Shown: positions 17,523 through 28,213 of the stretch, piece after piece
Position numbering within the stretch: position 1 is the stretch's first letter
Layout of the letters: each line of letters starts with the position of its first letter
DNA from: Bacteroidales bacterium
GTDB taxonomy: Bacteria > Bacteroidota > Bacteroidia > Bacteroidales > UBA1715
Length of the DNA stretch: 64,000 nt
Direction of reading: 5' to 3'
Assembly: GCA_045599365.1 (NCBI GenBank)
Contig: JAZRVS010000032.1
Span: forward strand, 236-64,235
Notes under the pieces: model-generated
Told to the model about the DNA's origin: nothing
The model's database searches: none
Seen by the model: only the letters and a program-made list of their open reading frames with translations
Made by a program: the position numbers and the translations under genes

Positions 17523-19958
17523 ATGAACATTTCGTGGAATTGGTTAAAAGAGTATCTTCACATAGAGGAATCGGTAGAAACTGTTTCTAAAATATTGACA
17601 GATATCGGTTTGGAAGTTGAAGGTTTAGAAAAATATCAAACAATAAAAGGAGGTTTACAGGGTATAGTTGTAGGAAAAGTATTGACATGTGTAGATCATC
17701 CAAATTCAGACCATTTGCATATTACAACAGTAGATGTTGGTGGTCCAGAAATTTTGCCAATTGTTTGCGGAGCGCCTAATGTAACTGCAGGGCAAACTGT
17801 TGTTGTTGCAACAGAAGGTACAAAATTGTATGATGGAGATCAAGAATTTACGATAAAAAAATCTAAGATTCGTGGCGAAGAATCTCGAGGAATGATTTGT
17901 GCAGAAGATGAAATTGGTGTGGGAACAAGTCACGATGGAATTATGGTTTTGCCAGATTCTATTCCTGCAGGAACTCCAGCCGCAGATTATTTCAATGTGA
18001 AAGATGATTTCATTTTTGAAATAGGGTTGACACCAAATCGAGTAGATGCAGCATCACATATTGGTGTGGCGCGCGATATTGCAGCATATTTGAATGTGAA
18101 TGGTTCAGTTCAAATGAATTGGCCTTCTGTTGATGCATTTGCGTTGTCTGAAAAAAAATCGCCAATATCGGTTGTCGTTGAACGACCAGATTTGTGTCCA
18201 CGTTATTCAGGTGTTGTTGTTTCTGGAATTACCGTGAAAGATTCACCAGATTGGTTGCAAACTCGTTTGAAAGCAATTGGCTTGCGTCCAATCAATAATG
18301 TGGTTGATGTAACGAATTTTGTGTTACACGAATTATGTCAGCCACTTCATGCATTTGATGTCTCAAAAATAGAAGGAAATGAGATCCACGTAGGAACGGT
18401 TACGGATAAAACGAAATTTGTAACTCTTGATGGTGTGGAACGAGAACTTTCTTCGGATGATTTAATGATTTGTAATGCCAATAAACCAATGTGTATCGCT
18501 GGTGTATTTGGAGGTTTAGAATCGGGAGTTACAACTGAAACAACTTCAGTTTTTATTGAAAGTGCATATTTTAATCCTGTTTCTATTCGTAAAACAGCTC
18601 GTCGTCATGGATTGAATACCGATGCTTCGTTCCGTTATGAAAGAGGGATAGATCCAAATATTACAAATTATGCGTTAAAACGAGCAGCTTTATTGATTCA
18701 AGAAGTCGCTGGCGGTGAAATTTGCGGACCAATTTTTGATTCTCATGAAGCTCCATTTGCACCATTTAAAGTCTCATTAAACCTTGATAAAGCATATTCT
18801 TTAATGGGAAAGAATATTGGCGATGAAACATTCAAGAAAATATTGAAAGGTTTAGATATTGAGATTGAGTCAGAAAAAGATCGTGATTTGCAGTTGCTTG
18901 TTCCTCAATATCGTGTTGATGTTCAACGTGCAGAAGATGTAGTGGAAGATGTTTTACGCATTTATGGTTATAATAATGTTGAATTTTCAACGAATCTTCA
19001 CGCGGCCATTACTCATGTTGATGGTGTAAATCCAACAAAACTTCGCAATATGATTGCAGATATGTTGGTTGATTGCGGATGGTACGAGATTATGAATAAT
19101 TCACTTACAAATTCTTCATACTATACTGAATTAGAAAATGATTGTAAAAATCATTTGGTGAAGATAATGAATCCTCTTAGTGCAGAATTGGATTGCTTGC
19201 GTAATACTATGTTGTTTAGTGCTTTAGAGGTCGTTTCTCACAATATTAATCGTCAACAAAACGATTTGTCATTGTTTGAATTTGGTAGTATTTATTATAC
19301 CAAAGCCAATGAAGGTTGTGTTACCGAAAAATATGGAGAATCTCGACAATTGTCTTTGTGCATAACAGGAAAACAAAAAGCGCAATATTGGGCAGAAAAA
19401 CAGCAAGACATGAACATGTTTGTGCTAAAATCTGCTGTGCAAAAAGTTCTTATTAAGTTGGGAATGAACAATATTCAATTTTCAGTAAAGAGTAACGATA
19501 TGATTTCGGGATTGGAATGTACAATCTTGAATAATAAACCTGTTGCTCGTTTGGGTATTGTATCAAAATCGTTGTTGAAAAAATTTGATATAGATAAACC
19601 TGTTTATTTCGCTGAAATATATTGGGATGTAGTTCTTGCAAATTATCGCCAAAAAGTTCTATTTAAGGAATTGCCACAATTCCCATCTGTTCGTCGAGAT
19701 TTGGCATTATTGATTGATTCTCATGTCTCTTTTGAGCAAATTCAGAAAATTGCTTACCAAACAGAAAAGAAACTTTTGAAGCAAGTAAATGTATTCGATG
19801 TTTATGAGGGAAAAGGAATTCCAGAAGGGAAAAAATCGTACGCAGTTTCATTTATGTTGCAGGATGAGCAAAAGACATTGACTGATGTTCAGATAGACAA
19901 TGTGATGAATAAGTTGATTACGAATTATCAAAAAGAACTTGGAGCAGAGTTGAGATAA
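17523..19958 (+). CDS. pheT: phenylalanine--tRNA ligase beta subunit
   Basis: 811 aa. MNISWNWLKEYL is the canonical PheT start, and tRNA-binding, B3/4, B5 and FDX-ACB-like regions are recognisable. Confidence 0.95.
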   Translation: MNISWNWLKEYLHIEESVETVSKILTDIGLEVEGLEKYQTIKGGLQGIVVGKVLTCVDHPNSDHLHITTVDVGGPEILPIVCGAPNVTAGQTVVVATEGTKLYDGDQEFTIKKSKIRGEESRGMICAEDEIGVGTSHDGIMVLPDSIPAGTPAADYFNVKDDFIFEIGLTPNRVDAASHIGVARDIAAYLNVNGSVQMNWPSVDAFALSEKKSPISVVVERPDLCPRYSGVVVSGITVKDSPDWLQTRLKAIGLRPINNVVDVTNFVLHELCQPLHAFDVSKIEGNEIHVGTVTDKTKFVTLDGVERELSSDDLMICNANKPMCIAGVFGGLESGVTTETTSVFIESAYFNPVSIRKTARRHGLNTDASFRYERGIDPNITNYALKRAALLIQEVAGGEICGPIFDSHEAPFAPFKVSLNLDKAYSLMGKNIGDETFKKILKGLDIEIESEKDRDLQLLVPQYRVDVQRAEDVVEDVLRIYGYNNVEFSTNLHAAITHVDGVNPTKLRNMIADMLVDCGWYEIMNNSLTNSSYYTELENDCKNHLVKIMNPLSAELDCLRNTMLFSALEVVSHNINRQQNDLSLFEFGSIYYTKANEGCVTEKYGESRQLSLCITGKQKAQYWAEKQQDMNMFVLKSAVQKVLIKLGMNNIQFSVKSNDMISGLECTILNNKPVARLGIVSKSLLKKFDIDKPVYFAEIYWDVVLANYRQKVLFKELPQFPSVRRDLALLIDSHVSFEQIQKIAYQTEKKLLKQVNVFDVYEGKGIPEGKKSYAVSFMLQDEQKTLTDVQIDNVMNKLITNYQKELGAELR

Positions 19959-19982
19959 AACGAAGAAGTTTGATATTCAACT

Positions 19983-22235
19983 ATGCAAGAGTATATTGAA
20001 GTTCGTGGAGCAACGGAAAACAATCTGAAGAATGTTTCTGTAAAAATTCCCAAGAAACAAATCACTATTGTTACGGGGGTTTCTGGTTCGGGAAAATCTT
20101 CGCTTGTACTTGATACCATAGCGGCAAAATCTCGCCGTGAGTTGAATGATACGTTTCCCTCGTTCACTCAACAATATCTTCCAAAATATGGTCGGCCACA
20201 TGTGGAAAGCATTGAGAATCTTCCAATTGCAATTGTGATAGAGCAACGGAAACCTGCGTCAAATTCTCGTTCAACAGTAGGAACGTACACGGATATTTAC
20301 GCATTGTTACGTTTGTTGTTTTCTCGTGTTGGAACGCCGTTTGTTGGTTATTCCGATGTGTTTTCGTTCAATCATCCAATGGGAAGTTGTCCTCGTTGTT
20401 CAGGTTTGGGCGAAATTCGAGAGTTGGACATTCATAAATTGGTTGATTTTGATAAATCTTTGAATGACGAAGATACGATTCATTATATTGCTTTTGGTAA
20501 AGGTGGTTGGCGTTGGATTCGCTATGCTCACAGTGGTTTGTTTGATTTGGATAAAAAGATAAAGGATTATTCACCAGAAGAACTTGAATTGTTTTTGAAT
20601 TCTCCACAAATTAAGTTAAAAAATCCGCCTAAGAATTGGCCCAAAACAGCGAAATACGAGGGCTTAATACCAAGAATGTATCGTAGCATTATCAATTCGG
20701 AGGAAGGACTGCTTCATGCTGCGGTCTTAAATCCAATGTTGCGCATGGGTGTTTGCCCCGATTGTGGCGGTTCTCGTTTGAACAAGACTATTTTGTCGTG
20801 CCAAATCAATGGGAAAAATATAGCTGAGGTGTGTGCAATGTCAATTTCCGATGCGAAGTCGTGGATGGAAACCATTGATAATCACTTGGCAGAAGATATT
20901 AAACACAATACGATAGAGCGACTTGCAGCTTTGGAAGAAATAGGTCTTGGGTATTTAACGCTCGATCGTGCTATTGGAACTCTTTCTGGCGGTGAAGCAC
21001 AACGATGTAAGATTGCTAAATATATCAATTCGTCATTGTCGGATGTGATGTATATTCTTGATGAGCCAAGTGTTGGTTTGCATAATCACGATATTTTGTT
21101 GATGCAGAAATCTGTACAAAAGTTAAAAAGACATGGGAATACGGTGATTTTGGTTGAGCATCACAAAGATATGATTCAAATTGCCGATCACATTATTGAT
21201 ATGGGACCTGGTGCAGGTTCGGCAGGTGGCACGATTTTGTTTGAGGGAACGTATGAAGAATTACTTAAAAGCACAACAGCAACGGGGACTTTGTTGAGTG
21301 TTTCTACGCAAATAAAATCGGATATTAGGAACCCGCAAGATTGGTATTTGCTTGAACATGCTTCAATGCATAATTTGAAAGATGTTTCGGTGAATTTGCC
21401 GATGAATGTTATGGCAGTTATTGCTGGTGTTGCTGGCTCGGGAAAATCATCGTTGATGGAATGTTTTAGAAATGCCTATCAAAAGTCGGATGACATTGTA
21501 TATATCAGTCAAAAAAATATAGGAATTAGTTTGCGTTCAACACCAGCAACATATTTGGAGGTTGCCGATGACATACGAAAACTTTTTGCAAAGGAAAATA
21601 AATGTAAGGTTGAATTATTTTCGTTCAATGGGAAAGGTGCTTGTCCAGTTTGTCAAGGGAAAGGTGTGATTGTGTCGGATATGGCGTTTATGGATTCCAT
21701 TGAAACTGTTTGCGAAGCGTGTGGTGGCTTGCGTTATTCCAACGATGTACTCAAATTTAAAGTTCGCAATATGAATATTGCCGAAGTGATGGATTTGTCG
21801 GCAGAAAAAACGTGTGATTTGTTTTCGGGTAGTATTATTGCAGAAAAATTAGAGCCATTGTTGAAAGTTGGTTTGGGGTATTTGCATCTTAATCAATCGT
21901 TGTCAACACTTTCTGGTGGTGAATTGCAAAGAATAAAACTTGCATCTTATTTACGAGAGAAAGGTAAAATCTTTATACTTGACGAACCGACAGATGGACT
22001 TCATTTGAAAGATATTGATAGATTGATTTCTTTATTTGATACAATGGTTGATGCGGGAAATACAATTTATTTGATTGAACACAATCTTGAAGTACTGAAA
22101 TCGTCTGATTACGTGATAGAACTTGGTCCCAAAGGAGGAGACCAAGGTGGTAAAATTATTTTTGAAGGAACACCAGCGGAATTAGTAAAAGCAACAAATT
22201 CGGTTACTGCACCGTATTTGAGAATGAAGAATTAA
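19983..22235 (+). CDS. UvrA-family ABC ATPase, short paralogue (750 aa)
   Basis: IEVRGATENNLKNVSVKIPKKQITIVTGVSGSGKSSL, two Walker A motifs, two LSGGE signatures and CxxC zinc modules. It is about 200 aa shorter than canonical UvrA. Confidence 0.85.
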   Translation: MQEYIEVRGATENNLKNVSVKIPKKQITIVTGVSGSGKSSLVLDTIAAKSRRELNDTFPSFTQQYLPKYGRPHVESIENLPIAIVIEQRKPASNSRSTVGTYTDIYALLRLLFSRVGTPFVGYSDVFSFNHPMGSCPRCSGLGEIRELDIHKLVDFDKSLNDEDTIHYIAFGKGGWRWIRYAHSGLFDLDKKIKDYSPEELELFLNSPQIKLKNPPKNWPKTAKYEGLIPRMYRSIINSEEGLLHAAVLNPMLRMGVCPDCGGSRLNKTILSCQINGKNIAEVCAMSISDAKSWMETIDNHLAEDIKHNTIERLAALEEIGLGYLTLDRAIGTLSGGEAQRCKIAKYINSSLSDVMYILDEPSVGLHNHDILLMQKSVQKLKRHGNTVILVEHHKDMIQIADHIIDMGPGAGSAGGTILFEGTYEELLKSTTATGTLLSVSTQIKSDIRNPQDWYLLEHASMHNLKDVSVNLPMNVMAVIAGVAGSGKSSLMECFRNAYQKSDDIVYISQKNIGISLRSTPATYLEVADDIRKLFAKENKCKVELFSFNGKGACPVCQGKGVIVSDMAFMDSIETVCEACGGLRYSNDVLKFKVRNMNIAEVMDLSAEKTCDLFSGSIIAEKLEPLLKVGLGYLHLNQSLSTLSGGELQRIKLASYLREKGKIFILDEPTDGLHLKDIDRLISLFDTMVDAGNTIYLIEHNLEVLKSSDYVIELGPKGGDQGGKIIFEGTPAELVKATNSVTAPYLRMKN

Positions 22236-22279
22236 GAGTTAAGAGTTGAAACTCAAGAGTTAAGCATAATCACTAAACA
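22229..22279 (-). repeat. post-stop-codon repeat module: TTTAGTGATTA header plus CTCTTAA-type 7-mers (read on the minus strand, after the SPFH stop)
   Basis: The minus strand reads TAG-TGTTTAGTGATTATGCTTAACTCTTGAGTTTCAACTCTTAACTCTTAATTC. This is the same module as 46088-46187. Confidence 0.7.
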
Positions 22280-23266
22280 CTAAATACCTTTCTTTTTTGT
22301 GTTGTCAATAACCGACATCGCTGTAGCGAGAACACTGCTCACATCATTCATATTTTGAGGGATAATCATAGTGTTATTTTCCTTTGCTAATTTTCCAAAT
22401 TCAGTCAAATATTGTTCAGCAATACGAAGGTTTACAGCCTCAGTTCCATTTTCAGAACCAATTGCTGCGGCAATTTCGCGAAGTCCAGTCGCGGTAGCTT
22501 TTGCAATTTGTTCAATTTCGCTTGCTTTACCTGCAGCTTCGTTGATACGACGTTGTTGTTCTCCTTCGGAACGAGCGATTAACTCTTGTTTATCTGCATT
22601 GGCAACATTGATTTTTGCTTGCATTTCGCCTTCTGATTTTGCAATCAATTCTTGGCGAGCAGCTTCTGCAGCATTGATTTTTGCTTGTTTTGCTCCTTCA
22701 GATTCAGCAATAATTGCACGTTTCTCTCGTTCTGCGCGCATTTGTTTTTCCATCGCATCCTTAATACTTTGAGGAGGTGTGATATTTTTTACTTCGTAAC
22801 GTGTGATTTTTATACCCCAAGAATCACTTGCTTTATCAACTGCAGCTACGATTACAGAATTGATAGAATCGCGTTCTTCAAAGGTTTTGTCAAGTTCAAG
22901 TTTACCAATCACACTACGCATAGTTGTTTGAGCAAGTTGGATTGATGCAAATCCGTAATTATCAATACCATAAGAAGCATTTTTGGGATCCATTACCTGT
23001 AAGTACATTATACCATCAACTTCAACGGAGATGTTATCACGTGTGATACATATTTGAGATGGAACGTCTATTGCTTGTTCTTTCAAAGAATGTTTGTATG
23101 CAACTCTATCTATAAAAGGTATAATTATGTGAAATCCAGCTAATAATGTTGTGTGATATTTACCTAATCGTTCAACAATGAACGCTTCTCTTTGAGGAAC
23201 GATTTTTAAACTTCCTGTTAAAACGAAAAATGCAAGGATGCAAATTGAGATAAGAACTACTGGCAT
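22280..23266 (-). CDS. SPFH/band-7 (stomatin-like) membrane protein
   Basis: An N-terminal TM helix plus SPFH core (IVPQREAFIVERLGKY...), with repeated coiled-coil units AKINAAEAARQELIAKSEGE / AKINVANADKQELIARSEGE. Confidence 0.85.
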   Translation of the reverse strand: MPVVLISICILAFFVLTGSLKIVPQREAFIVERLGKYHTTLLAGFHIIIPFIDRVAYKHSLKEQAIDVPSQICITRDNISVEVDGIMYLQVMDPKNASYGIDNYGFASIQLAQTTMRSVIGKLELDKTFEERDSINSVIVAAVDKASDSWGIKITRYEVKNITPPQSIKDAMEKQMRAEREKRAIIAESEGAKQAKINAAEAARQELIAKSEGEMQAKINVANADKQELIARSEGEQQRRINEAAGKASEIEQIAKATATGLREIAAAIGSENGTEAVNLRIAEQYLTEFGKLAKENNTMIIPQNMNDVSSVLATAMSVIDNTKKKGI

Positions 23267-23291
23267 AATACTATATTTTAATTGTGTTCAA

Positions 23292-23299
23292 CAAATATA
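23292..23299 (-). promoter_or_regulatory. -7 element TATATTTG (minus strand) for the SPFH gene
   Basis: TAnnTTTG, 26 nt upstream of start 23266. Confidence 0.4.
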
Positions 23300-23313
23300 A
23301 ATTTTTTTAAAAT

Positions 23314-26300
23314 TTATCGCAATAGGGTAATATATCCTTTTACAAAAATTTCTTCATCTTTTAGATTTTTTGCTTTTATAGTGTATGCGTATGTGTCCAT
23401 TGCTTGAGGTTCATTATGGAATGTACCGTCCCATCCAATAGACATGTCGTCACTTTCAAAAACAATTTGTCCCCAGCGATTGAATATTTTTACTTCTAAA
23501 AATTCTTTGATTCCCCAACCACGAACGAAAGCAATGTCGTTGATACCATCATCATTTGGGGTAAATGCTTCTGGAAGTGCGATTTTTGAATCAAAAATAA
23601 TGTTGAAATGTATGGTGGTATCATTGGAGAAACAACCCAATGAATCGCTCATACTAATTTGGTAATCAAGGTAATCCGGGAAATTTAAGCATTCGTCTTG
23701 GATACAACTTAAATCAACATCAGGACTTTCACAATCAGAACAGGATAGATAGGTCATAGGAGACCAGAGGTAATTTACACCTTGGATTTTTTTTACGTTA
23801 AGATTGTATGTTTGTCCAGCGATAAGGTTGTTTGTTTTTTGAGATGCAAGTTGTGAATTACCTTCATTATTGTAAAATAATAGTAAGGAATCGGGCGCTC
23901 CGTAATAATATGGTTTTTGTTGTACATATACAAAAACACTATCTCTATGAGAACAATTGTATTTGTTTTTGCTATCAATATAAATGTATTGAGAATGCGG
24001 AATTGTAATGTTTGTATTAGGATTTTTTGAATTGGAAAACAATTTCGCTGGTTGCCATTGTATGCTTGAAAAATCTCCTGTAGCGGTTGCCGTAATAGTT
24101 TCTCCGTAACAAATGCTGGAATCCATATCAATTGAAATGTTTGCAACGGGATAAGTTGCAATATTTTTCCGAATAGTATCGTTACAAATATTTGATGTAA
24201 CTGATAATGATATTGGAATAGCTTCGTTAATGTTTGATATAGAAATGGTTGGATTTTTTTCGGTTGATGTTCTTCCATTTCCTAAATCCCATAAATAAGA
24301 AGCTTCGGGGCCTGCAACGGAGGTGTTATATAGTTGTACAGAAAAAGGAGCGCAACCTGCGGTGTCTAAATCTTCTAAACCTCTCGTAAACATTGCAATC
24401 ACTGGAAATACTTTGACATCAACCGAAATATCTCGGGTTTTACAACCTGGAGCATCAACAAAAAATTGAACATTGTATGTATTATCATCATTGATGGCAA
24501 GAGCTGTATATTGGTGTGTCGTATTAAGAGTGTTCATTTCTTTGGTTTCTCCATCACCAAATTCCCAATAGCAATTGTAACGGTATAGGTTGAGGGTATC
24601 AAAGAGTGAAAATGTAACATCTTCGTGAATACAAGCAGCGTCTTTGTCTGCAATTATACTTGCTTCGTAGCCTGGAACGTGAATTGGAATAGAAATAGTT
24701 GTATCCTCGCAACCATAGTAATCACTTTTTGTATTGAGCCAAAGCGATTGATCTCCAAAATTGTCGAATGTTACCACTTGGAATGTCCGTTTGTTGCTCA
24801 CGTAGATTGAATCACCACCATCAATTTTCCACCAAGAAAAAGACTTCGTATTGGTGTTGTATATTGTATTGTCAAGATAAACGATAAATTTTTGACCAGG
24901 TTCTTTACATAAATCGGAATCTTTTATTTTGATTTGCGCTCCAACGTCTTTAATATCAATAGAGTTAGTTGAACTATCAACACATTCATTACCTTCGGGA
25001 CTAGTGCAATAGGTGAGTAGTTTTATCTCGTATTTTCCTTTTTGTTCTTGGGTATAGATATGTTTGGTCGTGTCAGGAAGGTTACCTGTTGATTCTTCAA
25101 TAATTCCATCTCCAAACTCCCACCTATATCTTGATAGAGAATTTTCATAGCCATACGCGTGTACGTCATTTATAAATTCAGCTTCGTGTCCAAGACATAC
25201 TTTCTCATTTTTTATGTGAAATTGAGAATTGGGAAGAATTGGTTTTATGTAATCCCTTATAGTTGTGGTATCTTTACAACCATGGTCATCAATAATTGAA
25301 AGGGAAACGGTTTTATTTCCTTTTGTATTGTATTCTGTTTGTATAGAGGTTTCATTTCCTTCTGACGTTGTACCATTACCGAAATCCCACGTTCGATTAG
25401 TAATAGAATGTTCTGAAGTTGATTTATCTGTGAAATTTGAAATAAATGGTAAACAATCCGATACAACATCGGCTTCAAAATCAGCGTGGGCTTCAAAAAC
25501 GGTAACTGGTTTTGATATTAGGTCAGTACAACCATTTATGTCGGTTACTTTGACAGTCACACTGGTTATGTTTGTCGTATCAAATATATATTGTCGTGCG
25601 TTAGGATAGTAATCGTAGCGATCTATTGTATATCCAGCTTTTTGTTGTTCTGCTTTTGCGAATAGTAAAGAGTCTTTTTTTCCGTTCCAATCGTAAATCC
25701 ATTCCCAAGAAACTATATCTTGTCCCATTGTTATGGGGTCAACATCAAACTCTGCAATGTCACCTAAACAGGGTTCGTATGTTTTCAATTCAAAGTCAGC
25801 GACAATATCGGTTACCGTGGTGAGTATGCTATCACTCATATCGCAGCCAGACTCGGGATTGTGAGATGTTACTTTTATGAAATATTGTCCTCGTCCGCCA
25901 TAGTTAGAAAAATCAATTTTGAGAGTATCATTGTTTTCTGCAATTTGAGTCCATGAGTTGTCTCCAACTTTTTGAATGAACCATTCCCAAGTCTGGGCAT
26001 TATAATTTTTTGCAAATGAATATTGATATAAATAAGGCTTTTCGCAATCTGTAGGTGAAACAGTTAAGAATGTCATTGGTCCATTGATGGTTACGCCATC
26101 ATTTAAATCTATTGTAGTCGAACAGCCATTATCAGAAATTGTATATGATGCAAGGTGAAAACCTATAGTATCAGTAAATTTCATTGAAAAAGTTTCTTTA
26201 ACGGGTATTTGTTGGTCAATAGTTGGATAAATGTTGGTAGGAAGTTGGTTTGGCGCTAATGGCCATGGTTCGTATTGGGTAAAGACCATAGTTAGTGTGT

Positions 26301-28116
26301 CGTAGTTGCTTTGATAACGTTTGATATCATCAAATGTTACGTTGATAATTAAACTATCGCTTGCGCATAATTCATTAGCAAAATCAATACTTACATCGGG
26401 CGTTTTACCCACACTTATTGAGTCTTTTTCCTTAATGATATTTGAAACAACACAGCCTGTATAGGTTTGTAGCGTAATGCGGTAGGCATATACACCTTCT
26501 TTGTCGTATGTGTGAGAATGGGTTAGATTTCCTGATTTTGCTTGGGTTGAAAAATTATCAATTTCGTCGTGAGTTCCATCTTCGTAATAATCCCAAGTGA
26601 TTTTTGCAATAGAGTCTTTATCTGTCTTGTAGGAGTAGTTTGCAGAGAGAGAAACTTCTAATGGTACACAACCACTGCGAGGCGATGCGTGTGTTGATAA
26701 TCTTGGTAATGTAACTTCAATGTTGTTGTTTAGTAAAGTGTCAGCTGTACAATAATTTGGGCTGATTGCATAAACATGTGTGGAGTAAAAACCTTCTAAA
26801 TCAAACTCTTTTGAGAAAGATGCACCTTCATACATTGTCATATCGCTGATTCCCCAATAAAATTTAGTGTTGGGGACATTACTCGTCGCTGAAAAAGGAG
26901 ATGTGATGGGAATAGAGCAGTAAAATGCTTCAGTTGGAGAAGCGATAATTTGAAGAGGTTCTTCAATAGATACTGTTTCGATAACGTCTTTTTGACAAGT
27001 CCCATTACTAACGTGTAACTTTATTTTATACGTACCAGCTTCGGTAATTTCAACTTTGAGTTCTTTGGTTTCAGATTCCACTGTCCCGTCATTCAAGAAA
27101 TCCCATTCCCAAGAGTTGTTTTTGGAAGAACTTGCGTCAAAAAAAGTAATTGTTCCTGGACAATATTTAGTTTTTGTTCCTGATGTTGAAATATATGGCT
27201 TTTTTGTATTCAAATCTTTTTTTATTTCTATTGCATTGATGGTTACGGCAGGAAATTCGTCTAAAATGCTTATTTCTGGTTGGTAGTCAATCAATTGAAT
27301 GCTGCGAGCAGAAGAGTTTTCGCATTCTGTTTTACTTATAGCTGATAGTGTCGGGTAATAACTACCAAATCCGTTGTACGTATGGCTTGGAGCATTTTCT
27401 CCGTCATAATCAGTATCGTCACCAAAATTCCAATGAAACGATACAATATTTTCGTCTTCAGTTTGATTTGTAAATGTTACGGTAAGTTGAGGTTCGCAAA
27501 CGCGAGTTTTGTTGACGGAAAAAGAAACAGCAGGGTAGTCATCGTAGGTTTTTACGGAAATGGATTTTCGTTCTCTATTGGAACAATTGTGAGCGTCGGT
27601 AATAGAAAGGAATATATCAAATTCGTCAGCAAATCCGAAAGTATGTAGAGGTGGTTTTTCTGTTAAATAACTCGTTCCATCCGATAAAATCCAAGTATAA
27701 GAGACAATGGTGGTATCAGAAATTATACTATCAATTGAAAATTGAAATGGTTTGTTTTCGCATGTAAATTCCTTGTCGGATTTAATTGTTACATCGGGAT
27801 CATTGTAAACTGTAATGTAATTTTCTTTTGTTATTGTTTGTATTACTTTATTACCCTCTTTTACTCGCATAGAGATAGAGTATTTCCCTGGGGTAATATA
27901 TGTTTTTTGTATGCTATCTTTTTGCACAAAATATTTTTCTTGTTCAACACTCCATTCGTAAGTATAATTATCAATTATAGATTCATCAGTTGTATTTTTT
28001 AGAAATATTTTGAGGGGGGAACAACCACTTGTTGTGTCAGCAACAAAATCAAATCCTTGCGCAAAGGAGTTGAAAACACATAGTATGCAGACTATAAAAG
28101 CAAGGAATCGATTCAT
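23314..28116 (-). CDS. 1600-aa PKD-repeat surface protein with T9SS type-B (gliding-motility-associated) C-terminal sorting domain
   Basis: A signal peptide and many PKD-like W-x-FGDG repeats (WDFGNGTTSEG, RWEFGDGIIE, YWEFGDGETKE, LWDLGNGRTS). The C-terminus PEAFTPNDDGINDIAFVRGWGI...FNRWGQIVFES matches the type-B CTD pattern. Confidence 0.8.
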   Translation of the reverse strand: MNRFLAFIVCILCVFNSFAQGFDFVADTTSGCSPLKIFLKNTTDESIIDNYTYEWSVEQEKYFVQKDSIQKTYITPGKYSISMRVKEGNKVIQTITKENYITVYNDPDVTIKSDKEFTCENKPFQFSIDSIISDTTIVSYTWILSDGTSYLTEKPPLHTFGFADEFDIFLSITDAHNCSNRERKSISVKTYDDYPAVSFSVNKTRVCEPQLTVTFTNQTEDENIVSFHWNFGDDTDYDGENAPSHTYNGFGSYYPTLSAISKTECENSSARSIQLIDYQPEISILDEFPAVTINAIEIKKDLNTKKPYISTSGTKTKYCPGTITFFDASSSKNNSWEWDFLNDGTVESETKELKVEITEAGTYKIKLHVSNGTCQKDVIETVSIEEPLQIIASPTEAFYCSIPITSPFSATSNVPNTKFYWGISDMTMYEGASFSKEFDLEGFYSTHVYAISPNYCTADTLLNNNIEVTLPRLSTHASPRSGCVPLEVSLSANYSYKTDKDSIAKITWDYYEDGTHDEIDNFSTQAKSGNLTHSHTYDKEGVYAYRITLQTYTGCVVSNIIKEKDSISVGKTPDVSIDFANELCASDSLIINVTFDDIKRYQSNYDTLTMVFTQYEPWPLAPNQLPTNIYPTIDQQIPVKETFSMKFTDTIGFHLASYTISDNGCSTTIDLNDGVTINGPMTFLTVSPTDCEKPYLYQYSFAKNYNAQTWEWFIQKVGDNSWTQIAENNDTLKIDFSNYGGRGQYFIKVTSHNPESGCDMSDSILTTVTDIVADFELKTYEPCLGDIAEFDVDPITMGQDIVSWEWIYDWNGKKDSLLFAKAEQQKAGYTIDRYDYYPNARQYIFDTTNITSVTVKVTDINGCTDLISKPVTVFEAHADFEADVVSDCLPFISNFTDKSTSEHSITNRTWDFGNGTTSEGNETSIQTEYNTKGNKTVSLSIIDDHGCKDTTTIRDYIKPILPNSQFHIKNEKVCLGHEAEFINDVHAYGYENSLSRYRWEFGDGIIEESTGNLPDTTKHIYTQEQKGKYEIKLLTYCTSPEGNECVDSSTNSIDIKDVGAQIKIKDSDLCKEPGQKFIVYLDNTIYNTNTKSFSWWKIDGGDSIYVSNKRTFQVVTFDNFGDQSLWLNTKSDYYGCEDTTISIPIHVPGYEASIIADKDAACIHEDVTFSLFDTLNLYRYNCYWEFGDGETKEMNTLNTTHQYTALAINDDNTYNVQFFVDAPGCKTRDISVDVKVFPVIAMFTRGLEDLDTAGCAPFSVQLYNTSVAGPEASYLWDLGNGRTSTEKNPTISISNINEAIPISLSVTSNICNDTIRKNIATYPVANISIDMDSSICYGETITATATGDFSSIQWQPAKLFSNSKNPNTNITIPHSQYIYIDSKNKYNCSHRDSVFVYVQQKPYYYGAPDSLLLFYNNEGNSQLASQKTNNLIAGQTYNLNVKKIQGVNYLWSPMTYLSCSDCESPDVDLSCIQDECLNFPDYLDYQISMSDSLGCFSNDTTIHFNIIFDSKIALPEAFTPNDDGINDIAFVRGWGIKEFLEVKIFNRWGQIVFESDDMSIGWDGTFHNEPQAMDTYAYTIKAKNLKDEEIFVKGYITLLR

Positions 28117-28134
28117 GTGCTATAAATTCTTGTA

Positions 28135-28142
28135 CAAAGATA
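28135..28142 (-). promoter_or_regulatory. -7 element TATCTTTG (minus strand) for the PKD-repeat gene
   Basis: TAnnTTTG, 19 nt upstream of start 28116. Confidence 0.45.
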
Positions 28143-28152
28143 ACATTTATGC

Positions 28153-28192
28153 AAAAAAAAAGAGACGTTTGATAAAGAAACGTCTCTTCTTA
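28153..28192 (-). terminator. rho-independent terminator ending the glycogen operon
   Basis: An 11-bp perfect stem AAGAGACGTTT / AAACGTCTCTT, followed on the minus strand by T8. Confidence 0.7.
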
Positions 28193-28213
28193 TTTGTGAA
28201 TACTTATATCACA

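Noticed and set aside
22371-22945. 133-aa and 97-aa plus-strand ORFs
   Set aside because: They are antisense to the SPFH gene across its Ala/Glu/Lys coiled-coil repeats, and their repetitive Ala/Ser/Phe translation mirrors that.
23793-24278. 161-aa minus-strand ORF in another frame of the PKD-repeat gene
   Set aside because: It is nested within the 1600-aa ORF, which has clear domain repeats and a sorting signal. The nested ORF has no features of its own.
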